The notes below the pieces were generated by a model. It was not told the origin of the DNA, searched no databases, and saw only the letters and a program-made list of their open reading frames with translations. DNA of 64,000 bases, from positions 32,001 through 96,000 of the forward strand of contig JANRIL010000040.1 in NCBI GenBank assembly GCA_033764955.1, in the 5' to 3' direction. A program made the translations under genes and the position numbers. This DNA comes from Cyanobacteriota bacterium (lineage in GTDB: Bacteria > Cyanobacteriota > Cyanobacteriia > Thermostichales > Thermostichaceae). Numbering within the stretch: position 1 is the stretch's first letter; every line of letters begins with the position of its first letter. Below are positions 31,344 through 40,640 of the stretch, one piece after another.

Positions 31344-31973
31344 CTATTCAGCCAAAGGGGTGAGCACTAAGCCTGATCCATCCAGAGAAAAGTTGGGATC
31401 AAATCGTGTGGTTGAGTCGTAGATGGCTTTGGCAAAATTGGCTCCACCCCAATAGGCTTGGCTGAGATCACTGCCTCGCAAATCCGCCCCGCTCAGATTG
31501 GCCTCTGTCAAATCCGCCCCACTCAGGTTAGCCCCATTCAGGTTAGCCCCACTCAGATTAGCTCCGCTCAGATTCGCCCCACTCAGATTGGCTCCGCTCA
31601 GATTAGCCCCCCGCAAGTCTGCCTCCCAAAAAAAGGCTTGGGCAGGGATCGCCCCACTTAAGTTGGCTCCACTCAGGTTCGAGAAATTAAGCATCGTTCC
31701 CTGTAAGTTGGCTCCCCGTAAGTTAGCCCCCGTCAGGTTGGCTTCCCGCAAGTTGGCTGCGGGTAGGGCATAGCCTTCTAGGTTGATTTGTTGGAGATCA
31801 CAAGCCGGACAGTTGGTGGGATCCACTCCACTGGTGGTTTTTCCCAGTCTCACCTTTAACTCGTCGGGGGGGGCAGCGGGGGTGGGGCTAGTTTGACCCC
31901 AGACGGGAGGGTTGTCCCCCGCCACATAAACCAGGCAGCTCAGCAAAACCATCCATCCATTGCAATATTTCAT
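31344..31973 (-). CDS. Exported pentapeptide-repeat protein
   Basis: Signal peptide, CPACDL, A(N/D)LSG repeats. Confidence 0.9.
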   Translation of the reverse strand: MKYCNGWMVLLSCLVYVAGDNPPVWGQTSPTPAAPPDELKVRLGKTTSGVDPTNCPACDLQQINLEGYALPAANLREANLTGANLRGANLQGTMLNFSNLSGANLSGAIPAQAFFWEADLRGANLSGANLSGANLSGANLSGANLNGANLSGADLTEANLSGADLRGSDLSQAYWGGANFAKAIYDSTTRFDPNFSLDGSGLVLTPLAE

Positions 31974-32094
31974 GGCAAACCGCCGGGATCCCACACTAGG
32001 GGTAGAGGGCTTGCTTTTACTCTAGACCAAGAACCCCCCAATAACGGGCTTCCTAAAAGATCTCCAAGATCTCCCCTATTCCTTCAGACAGCGG

Positions 32095-32835
32095 TTAGAG
32101 CATCAGAACGCCCGGTTCTTTTTGTCGAGGTAAGCTGTCTAGCAGGTTGAGACGGCTACAGTAGGTCAGATCCTCCAGATAGTCAGAACTAAGCCCTAAA
32201 AGCCTCTGACCATGACTTGCCTTTTGCAGTAGTCCCAGCAGGTTGTCCTGCCACTGCTGATACAGCGCTAGAGCCGCCACCGCCTCGTCGTTAGCTAACT
32301 GTGGATCCTGACCTGCCACCTGCACCCTATGGATAATTGCTCCGGCACAAACCGTGTCTTCGAGGGCAAAGGATCCCTGCCAGCCGGAGCCAATCAGCCA
32401 GACCTGTTGAAAGGACTGGGCAAGCAAAAACTCTACCACAGCCCCCACGTTGATCAAGGCAGCCGTCAACACTACCGGAGTGTTTTGGACTCGCTGGAGG
32501 GAACGAGTGCCATTGGTGGTGCTCATGAAAATACGTTTGCCAGCCACTCTGGCCGGAGTATAGTCGAGGGGAGAATTGCCCAGATCAAAGCCTGCCACGG
32601 TTTGTCCCCCCCGCTCTCCGGCGCGTAGTCGCTCAGCCGATGGCCAATTCTGGCTGACCGCTTCGAGTTCCCCCAACTCGGCAAACACTTGCACCGCCTC
32701 CGCCCCCGCCGATAGAGCGGTAGCAATGGTCGTAGTCGCTCTCAAAACATCAATGACGACGGCACAATCCGGTTCCTGACTGGTTGTAGCGGGGTCGGGA
32801 ACCAATTCAGGGGTGTGGAAAACGTACAGGATCAT
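32095..32835 (-). CDS. comB: 2-phosphosulfolactate phosphatase family protein
   Basis: [32 protein letters not shown]. Confidence 0.92.
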   Translation of the reverse strand: MILYVFHTPELVPDPATTSQEPDCAVVIDVLRATTTIATALSAGAEAVQVFAELGELEAVSQNWPSAERLRAGERGGQTVAGFDLGNSPLDYTPARVAGKRIFMSTTNGTRSLQRVQNTPVVLTAALINVGAVVEFLLAQSFQQVWLIGSGWQGSFALEDTVCAGAIIHRVQVAGQDPQLANDEAVAALALYQQWQDNLLGLLQKASHGQRLLGLSSDYLEDLTYCSRLNLLDSLPRQKEPGVLML

Positions 32836-32895
32836 GTCATCTCCATTCAGAGGGAAAAATAATGGGAGGCCATCGCTACTATGGGAAGCGCATTG

Positions 32896-33669
32896 TCAAA
32901 ATTGCCGACGAGCAAAAACAACGGTGGTGATCGTCAACAATAGGCCAGTGTAGACGATACTGTAAACGGCGTTGAGCAACAATTCCCCCGAATCGGGAAG
33001 CAAACCATAAACCGCCTGGTTTTTAATATTGAGGCGTTCCAAATCTGGCAAAACCACATACATAATCTCAAAAAACTTGGTAATCAGAGAATTTTCGGTT
33101 AAGCTGCCAAACTGAAGTAAGGCTCTACTAAAGTGCCCCATCAAATAGAGTGCGATCGTATAGAGGGTAGCTAAAATTGAAGAAGTAAAAACCCCAAACA
33201 TGAGGGCTGCTGCGACGATTAACACCAATTCCAGAAAGATAAAAACAATTGACCACAATACCCCCAGCCAGGGAGCTGTGGGATCCCTTAATAGCACCAG
33301 ACCTAAAAAGATTGCCGTCATCATCAACAGCAAAACGGAAAGCAGCGCTGACAAACCCAGATGTTTTCCCAAAATAAATTCGGAACGGCTCATGGGTTTA
33401 GCGATTAAGACAAATACAGTCCGCTTCTCTATTTCTTTGTTGACCAAACCTGTGCCGACAAAAACAGCTACAATCAAGCCCAGAAAATTGATAGCAGCTA
33501 AGCCCAAATCGAGGATAATCTTATTTTCGGCTCGATTGGCAACCTGCGGGAGCAACGTAACAGCTCCCACCATGACAATACCAAATACCAAAACCAAATA
33601 AAGAATCCGATCCCGAATCGTCTCTCGAAAGACATTACGGGCAATCGTTACCACCCGTCCAAGATTCAT
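32896..33669 (-). CDS. ABC-2 transporter permease
   Basis: FRETIRDRILY, EIEKRTV...IAKP..R..FILGK; 6 TM. Confidence 0.85.
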   Translation of the reverse strand: MNLGRVVTIARNVFRETIRDRILYLVLVFGIVMVGAVTLLPQVANRAENKIILDLGLAAINFLGLIVAVFVGTGLVNKEIEKRTVFVLIAKPMSRSEFILGKHLGLSALLSVLLLMMTAIFLGLVLLRDPTAPWLGVLWSIVFIFLELVLIVAAALMFGVFTSSILATLYTIALYLMGHFSRALLQFGSLTENSLITKFFEIMYVVLPDLERLNIKNQAVYGLLPDSGELLLNAVYSIVYTGLLLTITTVVFARRQF

Positions 33670-33772
33670 GGCTCCATTCCTTTGTTGACTGCATTGTTGA
33701 CTAAAAATGTGACTCTGGCTTGCGCTAGACTCAATAGCGTCTCGACAAATTCTGTTTCTATAAAGTTATTTT

Positions 33773-34045
33773 ATGCAGTTTCGGGTTCATATCACCATCT
33801 CCCTCCGCCCCTCCATTTTGGATCCAGCCGGAACTGCCGTGCAGGCTAGTCTCCATCAACTGGGACATACGGATGTGAACCACTTACGCATCGGCAAAGC
33901 CATCGAGATGATTCTGCCAGCGGCGGATCCCGAAACGGCTGAACGGCTTGCCTCAGCTATGTGTGAGCAGTTGCTGGTCAATCCGGTGATCGAGAACTAT
34001 CAGATTCGGGTAGAAGCGCTCCTGCCCACTCCGTCTCCTATCTAG
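33773..34045 (+). CDS. purS: Phosphoribosylformylglycinamidine synthase subunit PurS
   Basis: LRPSILDPAG, LRIGK, LLVNPVIENY. Confidence 0.95.
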   Translation: MQFRVHITISLRPSILDPAGTAVQASLHQLGHTDVNHLRIGKAIEMILPAADPETAERLASAMCEQLLVNPVIENYQIRVEALLPTPSPI

Positions 34046-34099
34046 AGCGATGTCTAGGCTCCATTCAGCTAACATCATCGAGGCAGCAGGTAATTTCTT

Positions 34100-34840
34100 A
34101 TGACTCAGGTAACCTTTGGCATTGTGGTATTTCCCGGATCCAACTGTGACCGCGATGTAGTCTGGGCAGTTCAGCAATTGGGCTATGGGGCACGCCTACT
34201 TTGGCATACCGAAACCAATCTTGAGGGAATCGATGTGGTGGTGCTGCCAGGAGGGTTTAGCTATGGAGATTACCTGCGCTGTGGAGCCATTGCCCGCTTT
34301 GCCCCGATCATGGGATCCCTACGGCGATTTGCCGAGGCGGGGGGATTCGTGCTGGGCATCTGCAATGGCTTTCAAATTTTGCTGGAGGCGGGGTTTCTTG
34401 CCGGTGCCCTGGTGCGGAACCGAGGATTGCGCTTTATTTGCCAGCCTGTTTCCCTGCGGGTGGAGCGCCAAGATTTGCCCTGGACCCATCACTACGCCAA
34501 ACCAGAAAAATCCCAGATTATCTTGCCGATCGCCCACGGCGAGGGCTGTTATGTCTGCGATGCCGAGACCTTGGTGGAGTTAGAGACGCACCAACAAATC
34601 GTCTTTCGCTATCAGGGCGAGAACCCCAATGGGTCCCTAAACGGGATAGCGGGCATTTGTAATCGGGCAGGCAATGTTTTGGGGCTAATGCCGCATCCAG
34701 AGCGGGCTGTAGATGGTCAGATTCATCGGCTACCCGATGCGGTGCGGCAGGGATCCACAGATGGTTGTGGGCTATGGCAGAGCATTGGAGAGGCGGTGGC
34801 TCGTCGGCAGCGCCCGGTGGTCGGATCCCGATCCTTCTGA
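34100..34840 (+). CDS. purQ: Phosphoribosylformylglycinamidine synthase subunit PurQ
   Basis: [32 protein letters not shown]. Confidence 0.96.
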   Translation: MTQVTFGIVVFPGSNCDRDVVWAVQQLGYGARLLWHTETNLEGIDVVVLPGGFSYGDYLRCGAIARFAPIMGSLRRFAEAGGFVLGICNGFQILLEAGFLAGALVRNRGLRFICQPVSLRVERQDLPWTHHYAKPEKSQIILPIAHGEGCYVCDAETLVELETHQQIVFRYQGENPNGSLNGIAGICNRAGNVLGLMPHPERAVDGQIHRLPDAVRQGSTDGCGLWQSIGEAVARRQRPVVGSRSF

Positions 34841-34956
34841 ATAATTCTGGATAATATGGATAATTTGGTTGGGATGGTTCTTAACTTCTAATTAGCCAAA
34901 TATTTTTGACTTTCTATGGTTGCTATAAAAATAGCTCAGAATAAAATTAAGACAAT

Positions 34957-35394
34957 ATGAGTGGGAAAGAGAAACTGACCAAAAAATTTCCTAATTTATT
35001 TCCGGAAGATCCCCCAAGAATCATTAGCAGATCTAAGTTAGAGATTCATGACGGAAAATGGCGAGAGATTATGTCAAACCTCCAAAGTCGTACCGCTTCA
35101 GGTGTCTATAACTTCGTTACCATAGAAGAGATTATCTTTATACGTAGAGCCAGTGCGAAGGTAGGAGGTAACTTGATTGGTCATATTGATCTTGCTATGG
35201 GCAAAGACGTGGACTATGCGGGACGACTTTATTTCTCAGGACGCACAAATCGCGGCATTCTTCGGAAGTGGACTAATGAGTCTGGTCACTATCGGCCTTC
35301 TGTAGATGCTAGAAAAAGCGCTGGTCTCCCTGAAATGCTTTTTCAGCCAGGTCAATTTGGAGGTCTGGCAAGCGTAGGAACTTCCACAACGTAA
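34957..35394 (+). CDS. Putative polymorphic-toxin-type domain (H..L..G..V..AG.L / NxSGHYxP)
   Basis: GHIDLAMGKDVDYAGRLYF...WTNESGHYRP; basic 145-aa protein in AT-rich DNA. Confidence 0.55.
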   Translation: MSGKEKLTKKFPNLFPEDPPRIISRSKLEIHDGKWREIMSNLQSRTASGVYNFVTIEEIIFIRRASAKVGGNLIGHIDLAMGKDVDYAGRLYFSGRTNRGILRKWTNESGHYRPSVDARKSAGLPEMLFQPGQFGGLASVGTSTT

Positions 35395-35413
35395 ATAACT
35401 CAGGATAATCATC

Positions 35414-36028
35414 ATGATGAGCCATGCAGAGTTTGACAGGCAGAATTCTCAAGTCCTGATAAACCCCTCAGAAGAGGAACAATTTAATGAAATTTGTGCG
35501 TTGCTTGAGAAAGATACTGTAGAGGCTCTGAGAGTTGCTAATTCTACGCTCAGAAGCAAAAAATATTTTCAAGATTTACTAGAAAGAGGTCTAGAGTCTG
35601 CAAATGCTAGTGAAATTGAAATATGGCTTAAATATTTAATTCCTCGACTTGGGATCCGATACGTCATAAACGTTCTTTCGGAAAAGGTTACTCAGCAACC
35701 GCAACAGGTCAGGAAAGCCTCATACTGGCTTCAAAAATTCTTAAACAATTCAAATAATAAAGAATTAAGTTTGTTTGAAAAGTTGGAGGAAAAAATGCTG
35801 GGAGAAGAATATAAAGCTGTTACACCTTCTGGAAAAGCTTACAAGTTGATCCTCAAAATCAAAAGTACTAATGAGTATGCGATTTTTGGTGGTTATCAAT
35901 TAGGTAGTCGCGGATCCGGTATAGTTGTTGAGATTTTAGATCCGCAGACTTTCTATCCTACAGGCGGAGTCAAGTTAGCATCACCAAGTGATCTTGAAAT
36001 ACTTGATCCACAGCCATACGATGATTGA
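35414..36028 (+). CDS. Hypothetical protein, candidate immunity/antitoxin partner
   Basis: Starts 20 nt after the previous stop with RBS AGGA; same AT-rich composition. Confidence 0.5.
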   Translation: MMSHAEFDRQNSQVLINPSEEEQFNEICALLEKDTVEALRVANSTLRSKKYFQDLLERGLESANASEIEIWLKYLIPRLGIRYVINVLSEKVTQQPQQVRKASYWLQKFLNNSNNKELSLFEKLEEKMLGEEYKAVTPSGKAYKLILKIKSTNEYAIFGGYQLGSRGSGIVVEILDPQTFYPTGGVKLASPSDLEILDPQPYDD

Positions 36029-36033
36029 TATGT

Positions 36034-36208
36034 ATCTAACACGTCATTGCCTCGAAACGGAAATTTATGTGATCAGTTCTGAATATATAGCTATTCCAAA
36101 TAAGAATACGACTGCTTAACTCCTCATGTCCAAGCTGTGAAAGACCCTGGATTTCTCAAGCTAAATTGGAATGACTGTACAATCGTCCGATGAGTTCAGC
36201 GGTTATTC
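36034..36208 (+). other. Degenerate attC-like site interrupted by a MITE
   Basis: ATCTAAC-N5-ATTGCCTCG ... CGATGAGT-N6-GTTATTC. Confidence 0.3.
36086..36179. mobile_element. 94-bp TA-ended MITE
   Basis: Left TATAGCTATTCCAAATAAG and right CTAAATTGGAATGACTGTA are 14/19 complementary. Confidence 0.55.
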
Positions 36209-36313
36209 TTAACAGAAGCATAAACAGATGATTGCGAATTCTGAACCACGGGATCCCTAAAAAAATGGTTTTATAGAGCAGCTTGCCCCTTATCTCGTCA
36301 CATTAGGTGCGTC

Positions 36314-38059
36314 ATGTCTGATCTCTTGCGTTCGCGGCGGTTCATGCTCAAGTGGCTGACCTGTAGCGGCGGTGCAGCACTTTTCCTAGCTGCCTGTGGT
36401 GGCGGATCCCAGGTTAACTCGGTGCTTCCCGAATCGGACTTATCCACCCAAGAGTCCACCAATTTGCTGGTCTCTAACCGAATTTTTCCGCAGGGGGTTT
36501 GGAGCGGTGATCCAACAACGGAGGGAGCCGTTCTCTCCACTCGCGCTTTGCCCAATGGCACCGACTTGGTGTCAGTGAATGTTCGTCTGGAAGTGGCGGA
36601 TAACGAGGGGTTTGAACCGATTGCTCAGCAATACACCCTGACCGCCTACGCGACAGCCGGTTTTGACTATCGTCAACGACCTGGCGACTATATTGCCCGA
36701 CAAGTAGTGACTGGGCTCAATCCCAGTCAGCGCTATTTCTTCCGCTTTGTGGCCTCCCTAGGGCAAACCAGCCCCGTCGGCAGCTTCAAAACCCTACCCA
36801 GCCAAGGGGAAGCCAGTCTGGTCAACTTTATTCACATGAGTTGCGCCAATCAGCCGCCCTATCCGGTGGCGAGCGCGCTCGCGGACGAACTGCAAAATTT
36901 GGATCCGGCTTTTGTTATTTTCAACGGGGATACCGTCTATGCCGATGCGTTTTGGCAGGGGGGGCAACCGGAATCGAATATCGAGTTTTATCGCAATCTC
37001 TACCGTCAACAACGGGATGCCAGTTATACGGGGCCTGGATTTCCGGATTTGTTTCTGAGAACCTCTTTTATCAGCAATTGGGATGACCATGAGGTGATCA
37101 ATGACTATAGCGGCAGAAGTGTTTTGCTGCCTGCGGCCCAGCCGGGTATCCCCCTGCCCAGCAATATCAGCGACCTGCAAGCGCTTGGCTATCAGGCATT
37201 TTTAGAATACACTCCCGTGCGACCCACCTTTGAGGATGACCCCGGAGTGGATCCCTTGACCCGTGTCTTTCGCCAAACTCGGGTGGGAGCCGACCTAGAA
37301 ATTTTTACTCTAGATTTGCGTCAGTACCGCGATCTTCCCGGTGGATTGGCTGGACAAGCTCCCCTTTTCCCGATTTTGCCGCCGGGAGTAGATCCACAGG
37401 CTCTCAGTGCGGAATTGGGCTTGACTCGCACGGCTTCCCTGGCTCTGTTTGGGTTGAAGCGAACCGAGCTTCCCCTGCGGCAAGTACCGCGCCGTTTGCT
37501 TGGCTCGGCTCAAAAACAATGGTTGAAGTCTAACCTGCTGGCCTCGAATGCCACCTTCAAAATTATTGTGAGTGAGTTTATTTTTAGTGAATCCTACGCC
37601 CAGCCCTATGACCGATGGGAGGGCTACTGGCTAGAACGGCAGGAAATTCTCAACTTTATTGAAGATAATGGCATCCGCAATGTGGTGATTTTGTCGGGAG
37701 ATCAACATGCAGGTCAAATTTCGCTGATTAATCCAGACAGCAGCAATCCGATCTGGGAGGTGGATACGGGTCCTGTCGGACGATCGACTTTAGCGGCTGG
37801 GATCAAGGAATTGGGGGAAAGCTTAGGGATCCTCAACGCCGATGTGGTGTATTACGAGATCATCAATCAATTTACTGCTCCCGTTGAGTTTGGTGGCATT
37901 CCTGGCTCCACCAACAACACCCTGCGCTTTTATGAAATTGATAACCCCAACTACTGCACGGTGGAAGTGAATGGTAGTAGTCTGCGAATTCAACTGAAAA
38001 ATAGCAGTGGCGGGGTGCTAACCGATCCCTTGGGGCGGGTGGGTGAGTTGATTCTCTAA
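36314..38059 (+). CDS. phoD: PhoD-family alkaline phosphatase, Tat-exported lipoprotein
   Basis: SRRFML Tat motif, LAAC lipobox, GVWSGDP, GDTVYAD, WDDHEV, LDLRQYRD, DRWEGY, LSGDQH. Confidence 0.88.
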   Translation: MSDLLRSRRFMLKWLTCSGGAALFLAACGGGSQVNSVLPESDLSTQESTNLLVSNRIFPQGVWSGDPTTEGAVLSTRALPNGTDLVSVNVRLEVADNEGFEPIAQQYTLTAYATAGFDYRQRPGDYIARQVVTGLNPSQRYFFRFVASLGQTSPVGSFKTLPSQGEASLVNFIHMSCANQPPYPVASALADELQNLDPAFVIFNGDTVYADAFWQGGQPESNIEFYRNLYRQQRDASYTGPGFPDLFLRTSFISNWDDHEVINDYSGRSVLLPAAQPGIPLPSNISDLQALGYQAFLEYTPVRPTFEDDPGVDPLTRVFRQTRVGADLEIFTLDLRQYRDLPGGLAGQAPLFPILPPGVDPQALSAELGLTRTASLALFGLKRTELPLRQVPRRLLGSAQKQWLKSNLLASNATFKIIVSEFIFSESYAQPYDRWEGYWLERQEILNFIEDNGIRNVVILSGDQHAGQISLINPDSSNPIWEVDTGPVGRSTLAAGIKELGESLGILNADVVYYEIINQFTAPVEFGGIPGSTNNTLRFYEIDNPNYCTVEVNGSSLRIQLKNSSGGVLTDPLGRVGELIL

Positions 38060-38124
38060 TCCCTATCTTCTTTCCCGGCGAGCTAGTAAGTTAACAATCC
38101 TTTGCAATTATTCTGGTTTCTGGG

Positions 38125-38280
38125 AGTAGAAATACGGATATAAGCAATTTCCTGTCTCCGTAGTAAAAATGCGGATCTCTTCACCCAATTCTGGTCAAAC
38201 TCCTGCTAAATGGGCAGCCTAAGCGAGTTAGCGTAGAGAAATTACGCCGATTCATGGACTTCAAAATCCGTATTCTCCCT
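38125..38280. promoter_or_regulatory. Three copies of a 15-bp operator-like motif AGKRRRAATRCGGAT
   Basis: 38125-38139 (+), 38162-38176 (+), 38266-38280 (-). Confidence 0.5.
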
Positions 38281-38645
38281 AGGGAAAAGCTGCCTTATTG
38301 ACTTCACACTGGAAATATCAAGAGAGAGCAATCCTCCCACCCAGTACAGGAGCTATGAATGATGTCAGCATCTTCGGATTTACAGTTTCAAACCCATGTT
38401 TTAGCCAGAAGTCTAGGGGCGGCGTTGGCCTGGGGATCCCCGATCAAAGTCAAGATTCACTTCAAATCTGCTCAGCATCAGGAAGAGGTGTTGACGATGC
38501 CGGGGTTGCTAGAAACCTCTGCTGCTTTACGCCTAGCTACTCCCTCTCTGGCCTTGGTAGCCTAGCGTTGGCTGATCAGAGTATGGATTTAGACTCTAGA
38601 ACTAACTGTCGGAGTAAGTCAGGGAAAAGCGTGGGGGAATAGAAC

Positions 38646-38846
38646 ATGGTAACCATTCAATCGATTGTGCAAGAAGCGTTGAATACTCGCGTTTTGACCT
38701 CCAGGCAGCAGCGCCACATCAACACGTTACTTCTGCACATGCAGTATCAAGAATCAGATTTTGAGGCTCTCAAGCAGCTTTACCAAGCCATCGATCAAGG
38801 CATCGTCGTGAGTGGCAGTAATAGTTTGGCTGTGATTGGAGCTTAG
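38646..38846 (+). CDS. Small cyanobacterial hypothetical protein
   Basis: IQSIVQEAL...LT...Y...DFEALKQL..A...G.V pattern seen in small cyanobacterial proteins. Confidence 0.6.
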   Translation: MVTIQSIVQEALNTRVLTSRQQRHINTLLLHMQYQESDFEALKQLYQAIDQGIVVSGSNSLAVIGA

Positions 38847-38898
38847 TTCTTGCCTAGACTCGCCTAGACTAAAAGAGACAAGTTGCTAGGCAAGCTGT

Positions 38899-39309
38899 AT
38901 GCAGAAGTGGGCGAGGCTGAGAGATTATTGGAGAGATCAAGGGATCCAACTTTTGCTATTTCTGGTGATTTTCGCTGGACTCTGGTTAGCTGGGAGCGGG
39001 ATCCCAGCCATGGCAAAGAGCACTGTCACTACCGGACAATCTCCCGCCCTTCTCTCTGGGCGTATCTTGGGATCCGAATGGTTGGCAACACCCACCGACC
39101 AAAAGCTGGCTTATTGCGAAAAAGCCTTTCAATCCTTTCGCTCCTCCCCCTCCCAAAGCTACATCATCAGCTCGAACGTGCAGGCGATGACCCCAGCCGG
39201 CTTTTGCCAGCGCCTCGATCAGTTTTATGCCTACCCGATTAACGAAGACACCCCCCTGGGGGAGGCGGCAGCCCTTGCCCCCCTTTTGTTCTCCGACCTC
39301 CCGCTCTAG
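38899..39309 (+). CDS. Exported hypothetical protein
   Basis: Signal peptide (AMA|K) and two Cys. Confidence 0.6.
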   Translation: MQKWARLRDYWRDQGIQLLLFLVIFAGLWLAGSGIPAMAKSTVTTGQSPALLSGRILGSEWLATPTDQKLAYCEKAFQSFRSSPSQSYIISSNVQAMTPAGFCQRLDQFYAYPINEDTPLGEAAALAPLLFSDLPL

Positions 39310-39342
39310 GGGATCCCGTATGCTGTTCGGGGATTATCTGGG

Positions 39343-39705
39343 TTAGCGAATGACAATTCCTCCCGGCACCCAACTGGGTGGGACACCAATATAAGTGCCA
39401 TTGATAACAATGCCATCCCGCCCACGAATCACAATCCCCCCGTTGTTGGTGTAGTTGACGGCGTTGACATCGGTGCGGCGGTAAACCCGCACATCATACT
39501 TATTGCTACGGGAGCGACAGATAATCGGGGCATCGCTGGCAGCGGAAGCGGCTCGGCAGTTATAGCCCCCCCCACTTGGCTGCACTTGGATGCTGCGGGT
39601 TTCTACATTTTTTTCCTTCGGTTCTGCTTGGGCTGGGGATCCTAGCCCTAGGGCGAGCGCCGCCAAAACAGTTGCCAATCCTGTCCACGGGGTTAGTTCT
39701 TGCAT
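39343..39705 (-). CDS. Small secreted hypothetical protein
   Basis: RBS GGAGG, signal peptide (AQA|E), two Cys. Confidence 0.6.
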   Translation of the reverse strand: MQELTPWTGLATVLAALALGLGSPAQAEPKEKNVETRSIQVQPSGGGYNCRAASAASDAPIICRSRSNKYDVRVYRRTDVNAVNYTNNGGIVIRGRDGIVINGTYIGVPPSWVPGGIVIR

Positions 39706-39861
39706 GAGGGATCCCTCCTCTGGGGTTAAGGGTTTGTTTATTCTGGTTTGATCCTGGCTGAAGAAGAAAGGAAGCAGCAAGTTGATCAGGGGTGGCTTTC
39801 GCTACCGAAAACCGTAAGCCTCTTTACTGCTAGGAGCCAGTCTAGAATTGAATTACCGAGA

Positions 39862-40458
39862 TTAGGTGCCAGGTTCTAAGCAACATAGCCAATTTCCTGA
39901 ACCAGCCGCCTCAGAAATAACTTGGAATAATCCTTGAGCGTCTTTGTTGTGATGAAGAGTTTGCAAGAGAGGGTTTCGATGGGTATCTATCTGTTGCACG
40001 TCCAAGGGCGTTAACAATCCAGTAAAACAGTTTCGCTGCCCCGCCGCTTCTTGTAACCACCAAGGCAAGCCTGATCGAAAATGGCTGCTGATGTCGGCTG
40101 CTTTCAAAAAGGTTTTCCAAGCAGAGAGAGCATCAGCACTTAGCCCATCAAGTTGAGGTGGATTGGCTTCTAAGTCAGCGAAAAAGAAGTCTGTATATAA
40201 AATCTGATATTTCCCAATTGTACAATCCGCAAGACAAACAGCTAATATCAGTGGGGTTACGCCCTTCGGCAAGCTTACATAGTCTCCTTCACTAACCACT
40301 CCAGACAGATCCAGTTCGTCTAGAAGATCCGCCACTTCTACCACATCGTTATGGCTCGACAACATGTCCTGCCATTGGGATAGGAGAATAGAAGTAGGTA
40401 TATTAAGATATTTTTGCTCAAATTTTGGAGCATCCCATGCGAAGAAAGTAGTACGCAT
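39862..40458 (-). CDS. Acidic hypothetical protein (AT-rich gene)
   Basis: 198-aa ATG ORF; no family recognised. Confidence 0.55.
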   Translation of the reverse strand: MRTTFFAWDAPKFEQKYLNIPTSILLSQWQDMLSSHNDVVEVADLLDELDLSGVVSEGDYVSLPKGVTPLILAVCLADCTIGKYQILYTDFFFADLEANPPQLDGLSADALSAWKTFLKAADISSHFRSGLPWWLQEAAGQRNCFTGLLTPLDVQQIDTHRNPLLQTLHHNKDAQGLFQVISEAAGSGNWLCCLEPGT

Positions 40459-40640
40459 AGAAGTTAGGTTAATGGATGAGTATGGGATAACTATACCAAA
40501 ATGGCCCAGGTTAGGGTTGGGAAATCCCTGTTTGACGAATCCAGTTATTCAGATAAAGGCGCATAATAAATAAGGTGAGGGATCCACCGCTAGGGATCCC
40601 CGGCACACAGCCGCAGCGCTACGGTGAAGACGATATGGAG

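Noticed and set aside
31430..31760. 15-bp periodic repeats
   Set aside because: Explained by the pentapeptide-repeat coding sequence; not a CRISPR array
36205..36245. Possible SphR pho boxes upstream of phoD
   Set aside because: Repeats are poor and not in clean 11-bp register
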